A DNA stretch of 60,000 nucleotides from Mobula hypostoma (lineage: Eukaryota): the NCBI RefSeq assembly GCF_963921235.1, contig NC_086108.1, positions 30,630,001-30,690,000 of the forward strand, written 5' to 3'. A model generated the notes under the pieces. That model was not told the DNA's origin. It did not search any database and saw only the letters and a list, made by a program, of their open reading frames with translations. The position numbers were made by a program, and so were the translations under genes. Below, piece by piece: positions 37,600 to 49,916 of this stretch; the first letter of the stretch is position 1, and each line of letters starts with the position of its first letter.

Positions 37600-38201
37600 A
37601 GGCTAGTGGGTGGTGAGTTGGAGAATCGTCTCCACCAAAGGAGATTTAAGGAACTCCTTCCCTCTTCTAGCCTGCAGGTAAAGGGTAGTGGAGCAAAGAG
37701 TAGAACCTGCTTAGTGCCTTGCCCACCCCCGTTCAGGGTCACATAAAGCCATGGGAGCAGGTGGTGGGTGATCTTATGAGCTGCTAATGCATTTCGCAAG
37801 TCTTGGTTCTGTGACCACTGACACCAAGCAGACAATCTCTGAAGAGTACTGATAATGGCTGGGTTCACCTGTCTTGTAAAGATCCTGCCCAGAGGAGGGC
37901 AATGGCAAATGATTTCTGTAGAAAAATTTGCCAAAACAAACAAGGCCATGAGATCATGATCACCTACATCAGGGGTAGGCAACCTTAAGCATGAATGATT
38001 TTCTAGCAGGCGTTATTCACTAATTTGAGGCCAAATGTAATTAGATGTATTTAAATAGATAATTCCCATATTTCAAGTTTTTTATAGCATTTATATGACC
38101 CACCGTCTGCTCATTAATACGTGATCCGGCCCACGGAGGCAGACAGGCTGCCAAGCCCTGATCTACATCATGCAATTCGGGATATAACGACGATGATGAT
38201 G
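37600..38201 (+). mobile_element. SINE-like element with (GAT)n tail, interrupted by a hAT MITE
   Basis: Ends ..ATAACGACGATGATGATG. Confidence 0.5.
37970..38160. mobile_element. hAT-type MITE
   Basis: Imperfect TIRs CAGGGGTAGGCAACCT / AGGCTGCCAAGCCCTG; 8-bp TSD ACCTACAT/ATCTACAT. Confidence 0.75.
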
Positions 38202-38822
38202 CATAGGCTAGAACTGTTTTCCCCGGAGTATTTGAAGCTGAGAGATGACTTTGCTGAGAGCTAGAAAGAAGATGACTAGTCACAATCTTTCTACTCACAC
38301 TAGGGGAGTCCCAAACAAGTTTTAGACTGAAAGATTTAAAAGGAATCTGAGGGGCAACATTTTCACATGAAACGAGCTGTCAGATGTAGTGGTAGAGGCA
38401 GATAACACTACAATGTTTAAAAGACACTCAGAAAGGTACATGGTTAGGAAATGTTTACAGGACTGTAGGCCCAATGCTGATCAATAGGTCTATGCAGATT
38501 AAGCAGCATGAATGAGTTGAGACTAAGTATCTGTTTCTGTACAGTATAGCACTCCCTCTATCACTCTACCTAACTAAATGTTTTTTAAACACTGTGATTG
38601 TAACTGCCTCTACCACCTCCTTTGGCAGTTTGCCACTCTGATCTCCTTTGAATAATTCTCTTCTCACCCCTTAGACCTATGTCTTTTAGTTTTAGACTTC
38701 CCATCCTTGAGTAGAGACTCTAACAAACTGGAAACAATAATATACCAGAACATTATACTGGCTCATTATATCTGTGCAGAACATAATGCCAAATTAAACT
38801 AATCTCTTCTGCCTCTACATGA

Positions 38823-38910
38823 TCTATATCCCTCCTTTCCCTGCATCTTTACATGCCTAGCTGAAATCTATATCCCTACTTTCCCTACATCTTTACATGC
38901 CAAGCTGAAA
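38823..38910. repeat. 44-bp tandem duplication inside a decayed CR1 3' fragment
   Basis: TCTATATCCCT.CTTTCCCT.CATCTTTACATGCC.AGCTGAAA x2. Confidence 0.85.
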
Positions 38911-39209
38911 TCTTCTTGAAAGCCCTATCATATCTGCTTCCACATCCCCTTGGCAGGGTGTTCCAGGCAGCTACGTACAGAACTTGCCCCACACATCCCC
39001 TTTGAACTTCCATCTGCTCTGCACAATGCTCTGCCCTCTGGTATTCAATATTGCTAGCCTGAGAAGAAGACTGTGGATATACACCTCATCTACTTATTTA
39101 AATATTATTTAAATAATATTATTATATTATTTAAAATATCTATCAGGTCTCCCCTCATCCTCCAGTGCTCCAGAGGAAAAAATGCAAGATCACCAACCTC
39201 TCCTTAAGG

Positions 39210-40890
39210 GAACATGCCTAATGATTGCCTCTTGGTGCCCTTGATATCTAGCGTTATGATTCAAGAGGCTGGTCATGGCACACATAAAGTCAAGCCTCTC
39301 TGACCATCTCTACCAACAACAATTCATCTACCACTAAAATAGGTCCATGGTGGGTGCCATCTCCCTGCCCTACCCTCACGGTTGAAACATTTGAACAGTA
39401 CAATATTGGGCTATTGTTTATTGACTACAGTTCTACTTTTAATACTATAATTTCAAGAAAATTCATGTCCAAACTCCTAGACATGAAACTCAACAAATCC
39501 CTTTTCAATTGGATCCTTGACTTCCTGACCAAAAGATGGCAATCACTGAGGAAAACTATTAATATCTCTACCACAATTATCCTCAACACAGGTGCCCAAA
39601 AAGGCTGTGTCCCCAGGCCCGTACTTTATTCCCTATACTTTCACAAATGCATGGTCAGATTCTGTTCTAACCCATTCCTTCGAGTGAACATCACTGACAG
39701 ACTGTCTGGTTCAGCCACATAGACACCATGGCCAAGAAAGCTCCCCAGTGCCTCTACTTTCTCAGGAGACTGGTGAAATTTGACACCTCTGACCCTCAGC
39801 AACTTTTATTGATGCATTCTATCTGGGTGCATTACAGCTTGGCGCAACAAATACTCTACCTCTGTCTGCCAGAAACTTGATAGAGTTGTGGATGCAGCTC
39901 AGCACATTACAGGAAGCTGTCTTCTTCCTTGGACTCCGTCTAATCTTCTTCCTGCCTTGGTAAAGCAGCCAACATAATCATCCACTTGTACGTCCTCTCT
40001 TTTCCCCCAAGATACTTAATGACTATAATTCCAGGTAAACTCATCACCAAACTCAGGACCCCGGGGGTCAACACCTCCCTCTACAACTGGATCCTTAACA
40101 TTCTGACCAATGATCACAATCGGTACAGATAGGAAGTGCCTCTGCCATAATAATTCTAAACACTGATGCTCCATAAAGCCTGATTTATACTTCTGTGTCA
40201 ACTCAACGTCATAAGTACTGTGACGCTGCAAACCCTACGCAGAGCTGACGCGGATCCCTACACCAGAGCCTGACGCGCACCTCTCCCAAAATGTAACTGT
40301 GCGTCGAGCAAAGCAGATCGCAACAACTGTGATTGATCCGCTTGGTAGCATCACATTTCCTCCTACGCTGCAATAGCTTCCCATTGGCTGACTGAAGGGT
40401 AGGGAAGGAACTCTGGCTGCAATGCTTTCCATAAAGCTTTACAGACCTCCAAAATTATGGAGGACACATTTCGCTTTTACGAAAAAATATGCTCGCTTTA
40501 AACTTGTTTACCCCGAGAAAGACTACCATGACCATGAAGCCTTGCGCGGGCAGGTGTGTGCACATGCGTGACATGCCTGAATTGCAGAGTGACGCAGACA
40601 CACCAATGCACAAGTATAAATGGGCACAACGCACATAGGTCACTTGCGTAGGTTACGGCATCGAGTTGACGCAGAAGTATAAATCAGGCTTAAGGCTACA
40701 CCCACAGCTATCTATTCTACTTCCTGTACACTCCATACTGTGTGGGTAGATTCTGTTCTAACTCCATCTACAAGTTTACAGATGATACAGTCGTAAAGAG
40801 ATATATCTCAAATAATGATGAGTCAGAGTATAGGAAAAAGATATGAATTTAGTGGTAGTATGGTGTCATGACAACAAATTTTTCCTCAAC
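39210..40890 (+). mobile_element. Decayed Rex1/Babar RT fragments (two overlapping pieces)
   Basis: LLFIDYSSTFNTI..NWILDFLT..LNTGAQKGCV; YKFTDDT. Confidence 0.75.
40177..40690. mobile_element. PIF/Harbinger-type MITE
   Basis: TIR AGCCTGATTTATACTTCTG(T/C)GTCAACTC at both ends; TAA duplicated at 40174-40176 and 40691-40693. Confidence 0.88.
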
Positions 40891-41065
40891 CTTTGTCCAC
40901 CTTCACCCGCACCTCAGTGAGTTCTACACCCACCACGACACTGAATTCTTTTTCCATTGCCTCCATCTCAGAGCGCACATCGCACTTCTATGGCAAGGAT
41001 TCCCCACCATGCACTGAAAACCTCTTCTCCCATCTCCAACCCTCCTCCACTTCTTGGACCCCTGC
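40890..41065 (+). mobile_element. Penelope-like ORF N-terminal fragment
   Basis: HDTEFFFHCLHLRA..HFYGKDSPPCTENLFSHLQPSSTSWTP. Confidence 0.55.
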
Positions 41066-41341
41066 TGTAGTCCTTTGCCTGCTCTGGAGTTCAGGATCCC
41101 GTCATCGGTGAGTCTGGAGTTTGAGGTATGGAGCCCAGTGTCCGTCATTGGCAAGTTTGGAGTATGAGGCCTGGAGTCTGGCGTGCCATCAATTTCTTCA
41201 TCCAAGTCATTGGCATGTACTGTAATAAGAATAGAAGCAGTCCCAATACTTACCTCTGTGGAACACCACTAGTCACCAGCAACTAACCAGGGAAGGACCC
41301 ATTTATTCCCACGCTTTGCTTCCTGTCCATCAGTCAATCTC

Positions 41342-41625
41342 TTATTTATTTATTTAGTGATACAGCAGAGAGTAGGCCCTTCCAGCTGTTCGAGCCTTGC
41401 CACCCCAACAACTCCTGACATATCTGATCAACCCAACCTAATCACTGGACAATTTACAATAACCAATTAACCCAGCCCTGCATCTATGGGAGGAAACTGG
41501 AGGACTTGGGGAAAACCCACACATTCCAGGGAAGGATGTACAGAGACACCTTACAAAGAGTCACCAGAATTGAACTCCAAACTCCAGAGCTCTCAGAGCT
41601 GTAATAGCATTGCACTAACTGCTAC
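41342..41625 (-). mobile_element. SINE with (TAAA)n tail
   Basis: Minus strand begins TAGTAGCAGTTAGTGC..GGAGTTCAATTC (A/B-box-like); CR1-like 3' end. Confidence 0.6.
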
Positions 41626-42346
41626 TATGCTCGCATCTTACCTGTAATACCATGCACACTTATTTTGTTAAGCAGACTCTTGTGCAGTCGTTGTCAAAGG
41701 CCTCTGAAAATCCAAATAAGTAGCACCCACTGATTCTCCTTTGTCGATCCTGCCTCATATTTCCTCAAAGAATTCCAACAGATTTGTCAGGCAAGATTTC
41801 CCTTAAGAAAACTATGCTGATTTTGGCCTAGTTTGTCATGTGTCTCCAAGTACTCTGCCTCCTCATTCTTAATAACAAACTCCAACATCTTTCCAACCAC
41901 TGAAGTCAGGCTAACTGGCCTATAATTTCCTTTCTTTTGCCTCCCTCCCTTCTTAAAGAGTGGAGTGACATTGGCAATTTTCCAGTCCTCCTGAACCTTT
42001 CCAGAATCTCTTCATTCCTGCAAGGTCATTACTATGTCTCCATGATCTCTTCAGCTACCTCCTTCAGAACCCTGAGGTGTAGTCCATCTGGTCAAGATGA
42101 CTTAATTACCTTCAGGCTTTTCAGCTTCCCAAGCACGTTCACCTTAATAATAGCAACAACACTTACTTCTGCCCCCTGACACTCTCACATTTCTGGCATT
42201 CTGCTAGTGTCTTCCACAGGGAAGACTGATGCAAAATACTTATTTAGTTCATCTGCCATTTCTTTATCCTCCATTATTACCTCTCCACTGTCATTTTCCA
42301 GTGTTCTGATATCGACTGTCATCTACCTTTTACTCTTTATATATCC

Positions 42347-42903
42347 AGAAGTAAAGTAGAAATAAAAAGTAGGATTGCCATTGTTAAAACCAACTTCCAA
42401 AAAATGAAACCCTTTTTTACCAACAGACACGTTTCTATGATAGCAAGGCTTAGGCTACTAAAATGATACATCTGGTCAATCTTGCTGTATGCTTCCAAAA
42501 CATGTACTATATCACCAGAACTCCAAAGAAACTTAGAAGCAACAGAAATGTGGTTTCTTAGAAGACTGCTGAAAACATCATATAGAGATAGGGTAACTAA
42601 TGAGACAGTACTCCAACGTGCCCATACAAAAAGATCTTTAATGAGAACATTAAATGAGAGGAAACTTAAATTCCTGGGCCATGTCATCAGAAAGGGAGAA
42701 ATAGAATGCCTTACATTACAAGGCCGTATGCCTAGGAAACAGGGTAGAGGAAGGCAAAGAAGAAAATATATGGACACTGTGAAAGAACTAACAGATCTAA
42801 GTATGTGAGATATCATTCATGCTGCATGGGATCGTTTGATGTGGAAAGCCATGATCGCCCAAGCGTGTACCGCACAAGGCACATGAAGAAGAAGAAGAAG
42901 AAG
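42347..42903 (+). mobile_element. RTE-clade LINE 3' fragment
   Basis: LLYASKTCT..LEATEMWFLRRLL..VTNETVL..KLKFLGHVIRK..GRGRQR; (GAA)n tail. Confidence 0.85.
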
Positions 42904-44683
42904 ATCCGAAAAAAACCTTTTTTCTTCTTTTATATTATTGGCAACCTTACCTTCGTATTGTATCTTTTCTCTCTTTATTGTTTTTTTTCTTTTCTTCTGT
43001 TAGTTTTCAAAAGCTTCCCAATGCTCTACCTTCCCACTAATTTTTGCTAGATTATATGTCCTCTCTTTTGCTTTTATGCTGAGTTTGGCTTCACTTGATC
43101 ATCATGGTTGGCTCATTCTTCCTTTAGAATACTTCCTCATTTTTTGGATGCTTCTTTCCTGCAGCTTCCAAATTTCTCCCAGCAACTTCAGCCATTGCTG
43201 TTCTTCTGTCAGCCTTGCTAGTGTCCCCTTACATTCAACTTCGACCAGCTCCTCTCCTATGCCTCCATTTTGCCCTTTACTCCAATATAACACTGATACT
43301 TCTGATTTTAGCTTCTCCTTCTCAAACTACAGGATGAATCCTATCATATTTTGATCACTGGCTCCTAAGGGTTCCTTTACCTTAAACTCCCTAATCAAAC
43401 CTGTGTCATTACATAACACTCAATCCAGAACTGCTGTTCCCCTAGTGGGCTAAGTGACAAGCTGCTCTAAAAAGCCATCTCATAGGCTTTCTAAAAATTC
43501 TATCTTTTGAATTCTATCACCAACCTAATTTTACCGATCTTCCTGCATATTGAAATCCACCATGACTATCGCAGCTTGCTCTTTTTACATGTCTTTTCTA
43601 TCTCCTTTTGTAATCTGTAGCCCACATACTGGCTACTGTTCGGAGGCCTGTGTATAACTCCCATCAGAGTCTTCTTACCCTTACAATTTCTTAATTCTAT
43701 CCACAAGGATTCTAAACTTCCACATCCTAGATCACCACTTTCTCAAAAATTTGATTTCAATTTTTCCAATGAGACACCCCATCCCTTCTGCCTAACTGCC
43801 TGTCCTTTCCATACAATGCATATCCTTGGATATTAGGCTCCCAACTATGATCTTATTTCAGCCACGACTCAGTGATACCCACAACGCCATACCTACTGAT
43901 CTCTAACTGTGCTACAAGATCATCTACCTTATTCCATATAGTGCATGCATTCAAATAGCACCTGTGTTCCTGTATTTGATTTTGCCCTCAAGTTAAATTT
44001 TAACTCTTCTGACTGACTTCCTCAAAATTTTTACTGTGCCGTCTCCACTGTAAAGTTAAATTGAAAAATTAGTTTGTAAGTAAAATTATCACCTTTCTCA
44101 ACTCAATGACACTTATTTAGAGAATGCTATTTCCTCTCATTTTTACTACACTAGGTCTACTCCCTCATAGTAAGATGAAATGATTTAAATGGAAAAATGA
44201 CAAGCTCTTATTTTCACTTTGGCTCTATTATTAGTCTATTAGTCAAGTTGCATTGAAAATAGAATCTAGCCTCAAAGTGTTCTAATGAAAGACTCTTTCA
44301 CAGATTACAAATTGAGTAATTGGCAGTGTGACATAGTTCATGTTCCAACAACTACCACATAATTGACTGTATATCAAATGGTGATTTCGTTTGTGGTGGA
44401 ACATACAACAGCAGAGAGAGAACTATGTCCTGTGAACATGCTATCAAGAATGATGATTTGCAAGCAACAAACCACACAAAATATGTGGATATACTTGGAG
44501 TTAAATACAACATGCGAACATCTTAATTGTTTCCTTCTTTACGATCTCTCACGTTGCCAATTGCATACGCAGTGTCTGTCTTTCATCTCCCACTCAAACT
44601 GTAGGACCTTCGCAGATTGCCCATTAGAAAATACCCTCTAAATGTTCAAACTGACAAATTATGAATCTTTGAGCTGGGATCTA

Positions 44684-44750
44684 CAGTACTGTGCAAAAGT
44701 CTTAGGCACAAATATATAGCTAAGGTGTCTGAGACTTTTGTACAATACTG
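44684..44750. mobile_element. 67-bp Tc1/mariner-type palindromic MITE
   Basis: TA|CAGTACTGTGCAAAAGTCTTAGGCAC...GTGTCTGAGACTTTTGTACAATACTG|TA. Confidence 0.7.
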
Positions 44751-46765
44751 TAGTAATTTTATGTATTGCACTGTACTGCTGTTGCTACAAAACAAAAACA
44801 AATTTCATGACATACTTGAGTGATGATAAACCTGATTCTGATATGGGTCTCGTTTGTGGACTGAGAGTGGGAAGGGGACACGGAAAGCAGAATCATGGTT
44901 GGGAAAAGGGGAAGAGAGGAGGGAGGGAGCAGGAAGCACCAGAAAGACATTCTATAATGATCAATAAGACAATTGCTTGGAATTAAATGGCCTTGCCACA
45001 TGTCTCAGGGCTGGGCGTGTCTGCATTCATACCACCCTCATCCTTTCTGCCTTCTCTTCCACTCCCCTTCCTCAGCACTCAACCATCACTATTCCCAACA
45101 TCCTTTGCTCCCATCAGATTTACAAAGTCACTCTCCTCTCCACATTGCTGTGTATTGCTCCACGTACATTACTGTGTAAAGGTACTGTATCTGAAAACTC
45201 TTTGTACAGTCGCATCTAACACTGTATTATTTCTGATTTTCCCTTGTTTTTGTGTTCTTTGTGTATCTTATATTCTTAATGCTACACCTTAGTGGCCAAC
45301 TTTCTCCTGAAATGATTTAAGTCACCCCCCCCCCCCCAGGGCACTGGTTGCAAGGCTGTAGATACCAATTCAGTATAAATGGAAACTGCTCTCCATCAAC
45401 AGGCCTTTCCTGTAACCAGTGCCTCATGACATGCTGAGCACTTTCAGGATTTTCATATGTTTTGATTAAGTCTGGTATATAAAGTGGATTTGACTCACCA
45501 AGATAATGTCAGGGTGGAAACCCAAATTTATAAAAAATGATAGGGAAAAAAAAAACTGGAGTGGAGAAGAATATCCAGCCACTCTGCTTGGCAACAGATG
45601 GAATGTTCTTGAATTTAATGAGAAATCTAGGATGGAGCAAACCGTTGATATATGTGTACCTGACCTTCCACATGATAACAAATTCTATATGCAGGATTCC
45701 AAATGTGCTATTATGTGCTCTATGGAACTTGTCAGCACTGTGTTCTGGCCCAATAAAATGATGCCATTTTTTGGAAACATCCTTACAAATACAGAGATGT
45801 CCTTTCACCGTGGAGATTACAATGCAGTGCTGCTTATCATTTTCTACATTAATTTGGGAACAGGCATAAGATGGGTCCATATTAATCAAAGCCTTAGCCC
45901 TCACCAATTTTAGGTTGAAATCCTTAAATATGGGAAGGGGCTGGCAACAACCCAACAGCTCAGTGTAATTTCACCAATACTCATTCTGCTAAGGTTTTCT
46001 TTTGGCCTCAATCTACATATGGTAGTGATCTAAGTGTGCATTGTGCGAATTTGGAAAGTGGTTCATTTTTTTTCAGAAGTGTATCGAAAAAATGGTGATG
46101 ACATCACACTCAAATACAATCTCCAGTTCACCATTAACTAATTCAAAAAATCAGTCCTTAGCAGAGTTAGTCTGATAACATAATCAGCAATTTCCGGGAG
46201 CACTACACTTTCACCTGACCTCAACTTCTCAGTTTCTTGACAGAATATGTTCTTGACTTTAATGTGTCTTTTTGCTAATAGTACTGTACTAAGATTCTGG
46301 TCACATGTATCCCTTCCCAAAACAGAATAGGCATCTTACACATTAGTTATCATGTTTCTATTATTAATCTTCACAGTAATTTTATGATTGTTAAATTGCC
46401 CAACAGCAACGTGTATGTATGTTGATTGAAATGAACTCCTTACAATGCTTGTTCTCTTCTCTCAATTATTTTTGCAGTAAATTTTGGAACACTAGTTGAC
46501 TGCCACTACTTTGTCTTGCTAGGAAAATCACAAAAAGTGCTGTAAGTCAAAAATAAATTTAAAAATGCCAAAAATACATCATGCAATATCTGTGGAAAGA
46601 GAAATTGATTTAATATTTCAGATGGAAGCCCTTTCATCAGATGAGGAAAGTAAGAAAACAAATTAGTTCAAAATTGCACGGAGGTTGGGTGAGGTTTGGA
46701 TAAGCCAAAGGTTTGAATCCAGGGTTTTGAGATAACAGGGTCAGCTGCTTGATGGATTAATGAGG

Positions 46766-46769
<4 letters not shown>

Positions 46770-46806
<37 letters not shown>
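46770..46806. repeat. (GA)n microsatellite
   Basis: Direct inspection. Confidence 0.97.
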
Positions 46807-46807
<1 letters not shown>

Positions 46808-46899
46808 AAACAAATGTTATAGGAACAGGAAATACCTAATGGATCATCAAACACAGTGAAAAGAGAAAAACTTTTTAATATTAGACCATAAGAGAGAAC

Positions 46900-47277
46900 T
46901 TGGCCTTTTCTCCTTGAAGCGACAGAGGATGAGAGGTGACCTGATAGAGGTGTATAAGATGATGAGAGGCATTGTTCGTGTGGGTAGTCAGGGCTAAAAT
47001 GGCTACTATGAGAGGGCACAGTTTCAAGGTGCTTGGAAGCAGGTACAGAGAGTAGTAAATCTGTGGAATTTGTTGCCACGAGCAGCTATGGAGGCTAAGT
47101 CATTGCATGCATTTAAGGCAGAGATAGATAGGTTCTTGATTAGCCAGAACATCAAAAGGTATGGGGAGAAGGCAGGGGAGTAGGGATGATTAGAAGAATT
47201 GAATCAGCCATGATTGAATGGTGAAGCAGACTTGATGGGCCAAATGGCCTACTTCTGTTCTTATATCTTATGGTCTT
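46900..47277 (+). mobile_element. CR1 3' fragments
   Basis: RMRGDLIEVYKMMRG; RVVNLWNLLP; CR1 3'UTR. Confidence 0.8.
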
Positions 47278-47279
47278 TT

Positions 47280-47588
47280 GGTGTCGGCACGTGGCCAAGT
47301 GGTTAAGGCGTCAGTCTAGTGATCTGAAGGTCACTAGTTTGAGTCTCAACTGAGGCAGCGTGTTGTGTCCTTGAACAAGGCACTTAACCACACATTGCTC
47401 TGCGACAACACTGGTGCCAAGCTGTATCAGCCCTAGTGCTCTTCCCTTGGACAACATCGGTGGCGTGGAAAGGGGTGACTTGCAGCATGGGCAACTGCCT
47501 GTCTTCCATACAGCCTTGCTCAGGCCTGCGCCCTGGAAACCTTCCAAGGCAGAAATCCATGGTCTCACAAGACTGACAGATGCCTATA
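47280..47588 (+). mobile_element. tRNA-derived SINE
   Basis: GGCACGTGGCCAAGTGGTTAAGGCG head (A box), B-box-like AGTTTGAGTC, CCTTGAACAAGGCACTTAACC body. Confidence 0.8.
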
Positions 47589-47874
47589 TAAGGTATAGGA
47601 GCAGAATTAGGCCATTTAATCATGACTGATTCATTTCCCTTTCAGCTCCAATTTCTTGCCTCCTCCCTGTATCTCTTCATGTCTTGACTAAACATGAATC
47701 TATCAAACTCTTCCTTAAATATGCCCAATGACTTGGCCTCCACAGCTGCCTGTAACAACAAATTCCGCAGATTCATCACCTTCTGTCTAAAGAAATTCCT
47801 CCTCATCTCCATTCTAAATGGACGTCCCTCCATTTTGACCTGTGTCCTCTGGTCTTAGACTTTCCCATGATGGT

Positions 47875-48664
47875 TGTACATGTGTGTACATACATCTTTT
47901 GCTACTAGTGCTCAAAGGAATTTAAACTGTGCACAAAAGGTTGTCACCCTCTACCTCATTGGCATGTTATGTATGTTTCATGATTGTACATCATCACATT
48001 TCCTTTTCAAGTTTCCAAAGCAGACAGTGTTGACATCATGGAGTTTGCGATTAGTTGTCTGTAGATGTTAGAACTGGCTTATTTACACTGTTTTTATTGA
48101 AGAAATTAATGATTCACTATGCCGAATTCCAAAGAAACAAAGTGCAAGAAGCATAAAAGAACTGCTAGTTCGTTTAAAGTGGAATGGCTTAATGAGACAG
48201 TATAAACTGCTACACTGAAAGCTCATGAAGTCAGCAACGTGCAACTACAGGAATATTTATGCACAATACAGAAACCGGTGTTGTCTGTGTGTATTGTCAT
48301 GATGTAAAAGTTGTTGGAGAATTTGTAAGTGGGAAGAAGTGGAGTGATATTTGGAAACAAACTTTTAAAGCATAATTTAGCAAGGAATTCTCATATGGAG
48401 GGTGTGCCAAAGCTCTGGCAAGTAACTCTCACATGACACATTACAAGCCTGCTATGTATATTTTATGAGAGTGCAGATGAAAGAGAGTGAAAACGATTAA
48501 ACCCAGAGGAAATCAAAGTTCGTATTTATAGTGTTTTGTGAGCTGTTAAAATGAATAACTCTATATATAAAATTCAGTGTGCACATGTTGTTGTCACTGG
48601 GCAAAAAATTGCACAGCACAAGATTGTTGCACCCACTGGTCATTACAAATCAGAGGGAACATTG
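47875..48664 (+). mobile_element. hAT transposon remnant (TTF-type zinc-finger N-terminus)
   Basis: SSFKVEWL..VVCVYC..FVSGKKWSDIWK..H remnants; right end CAGAGGGAACATTG. Confidence 0.6.
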
Positions 48665-48961
48665 CACCCCCACCATACTAAGCAGTCTCTCCAAATGTAC
48701 TCTATTATGGCCTTTCAACATTTGATAGTTTTCAATGTGATCCGCCCCCATTCTTCTGAATTCCAGTGAGTAGAGACCCAGAGCCTTGAAAGCTCTTCAT
48801 ATGAGAAGCCTTTCAATCTCAGAATCATTTTCGTGATCCCTTCTTTGAACCCTCTCCAATGTCAGCACATCCTTTCTCAGATAAGGGGACCAACACTGCT
48901 CACAATACTCCATATGAGGCCTCACCAGTGCCTTATAAAGCCTTAACATTACATTCTTACG

Positions 48962-49640
48962 TTTAGATTAGATTAGATTATGAGGACACGCAGTCATCTT
49001 TTATTGTCATTTAGTAATGCATGCATTAAGAAATGATACAATGTTCCTCCAGAATGATATCACAGAAACACAAGACAAACTAAGACTGAAAAACTGACAA
49101 AAAACACATAATTATAACATATAGTTACAACAGTGCAAAGCAATACTGTAATTTGATAAAGAACAGACCATGGGCACTGTAAAAAAAAAGTCTCAAAGTC
49201 TCTTGTCCCATCATCTCACCCAGACAGTAGAAGGAAGAAAAGCTCTCCCTGCCATGAGCTTCCAGCGCCGCAAACTTGCCGATGCAGCATCCTGGAAGCA
49301 CCCGACCATAATGACTCTTGAGTCCATCTGAAAACTTCAAGCCTCCGACCAGCTCTCCAACACCGAGCACCGAGCACCATCTCTGCCGAGTGCTTCGACC
49401 CCGGCCACGGCAACAGGCAATAGGCAAAGCCGAGGATTTGGGGCCTTCCTCTCCGGAGATTCTCGATCGCACAGCAGCAGTGGCAGCCAAGTGAGCATTT
49501 CAGAAGTTTCTCCAGATGTTCCTCTGTGCTTCTCATGGCTGATTCCATCAAATCAGGATTGTGCATGGTACCTACTTACAAGTACGACATCATTTCCGAG
49601 CGGCCGCGCGTGCTGCGTTGCACCGCCATCTTCTCCTCCC
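48962..49640 (-). mobile_element. Same non-autonomous family, copy 3
   Basis: Starts GGAGGAGAAGATGGCGGTGC, ends (TCTAA)n. Confidence 0.82.
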
Positions 49641-49916
49641 CTCTTTTAGTCCTCTTGAAATGAACGCTAACATTGCATTTGCTTTCCTCACCACTGATTC
49701 AATCTGCAAGTTAACCTTTAGGGAATCCTGCACGATGACTCCCAAGTTCCTTTGCACATCAGATTTTTGAATTTTTTCTCTGGTTAGAAGACAGTTTACA
49801 ATTTTATTCCTTCTACCAAAGTGCATATCCATACACTTCCCGATACTGTATTGCATCTGCCACTTCTTTGCCCATTCTCCTAATCTGTCTAGGTCCTTCT
49901 GTGCTTCCTTAACACT

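Larger units (their letters stand above)
41195..43965 (-). mobile_element. Decayed CR1 APE-RT fragment with nested SINE and RTE
   Basis: Colinear, in reverse, with the CR1 at 13560-15470. Confidence 0.85.
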
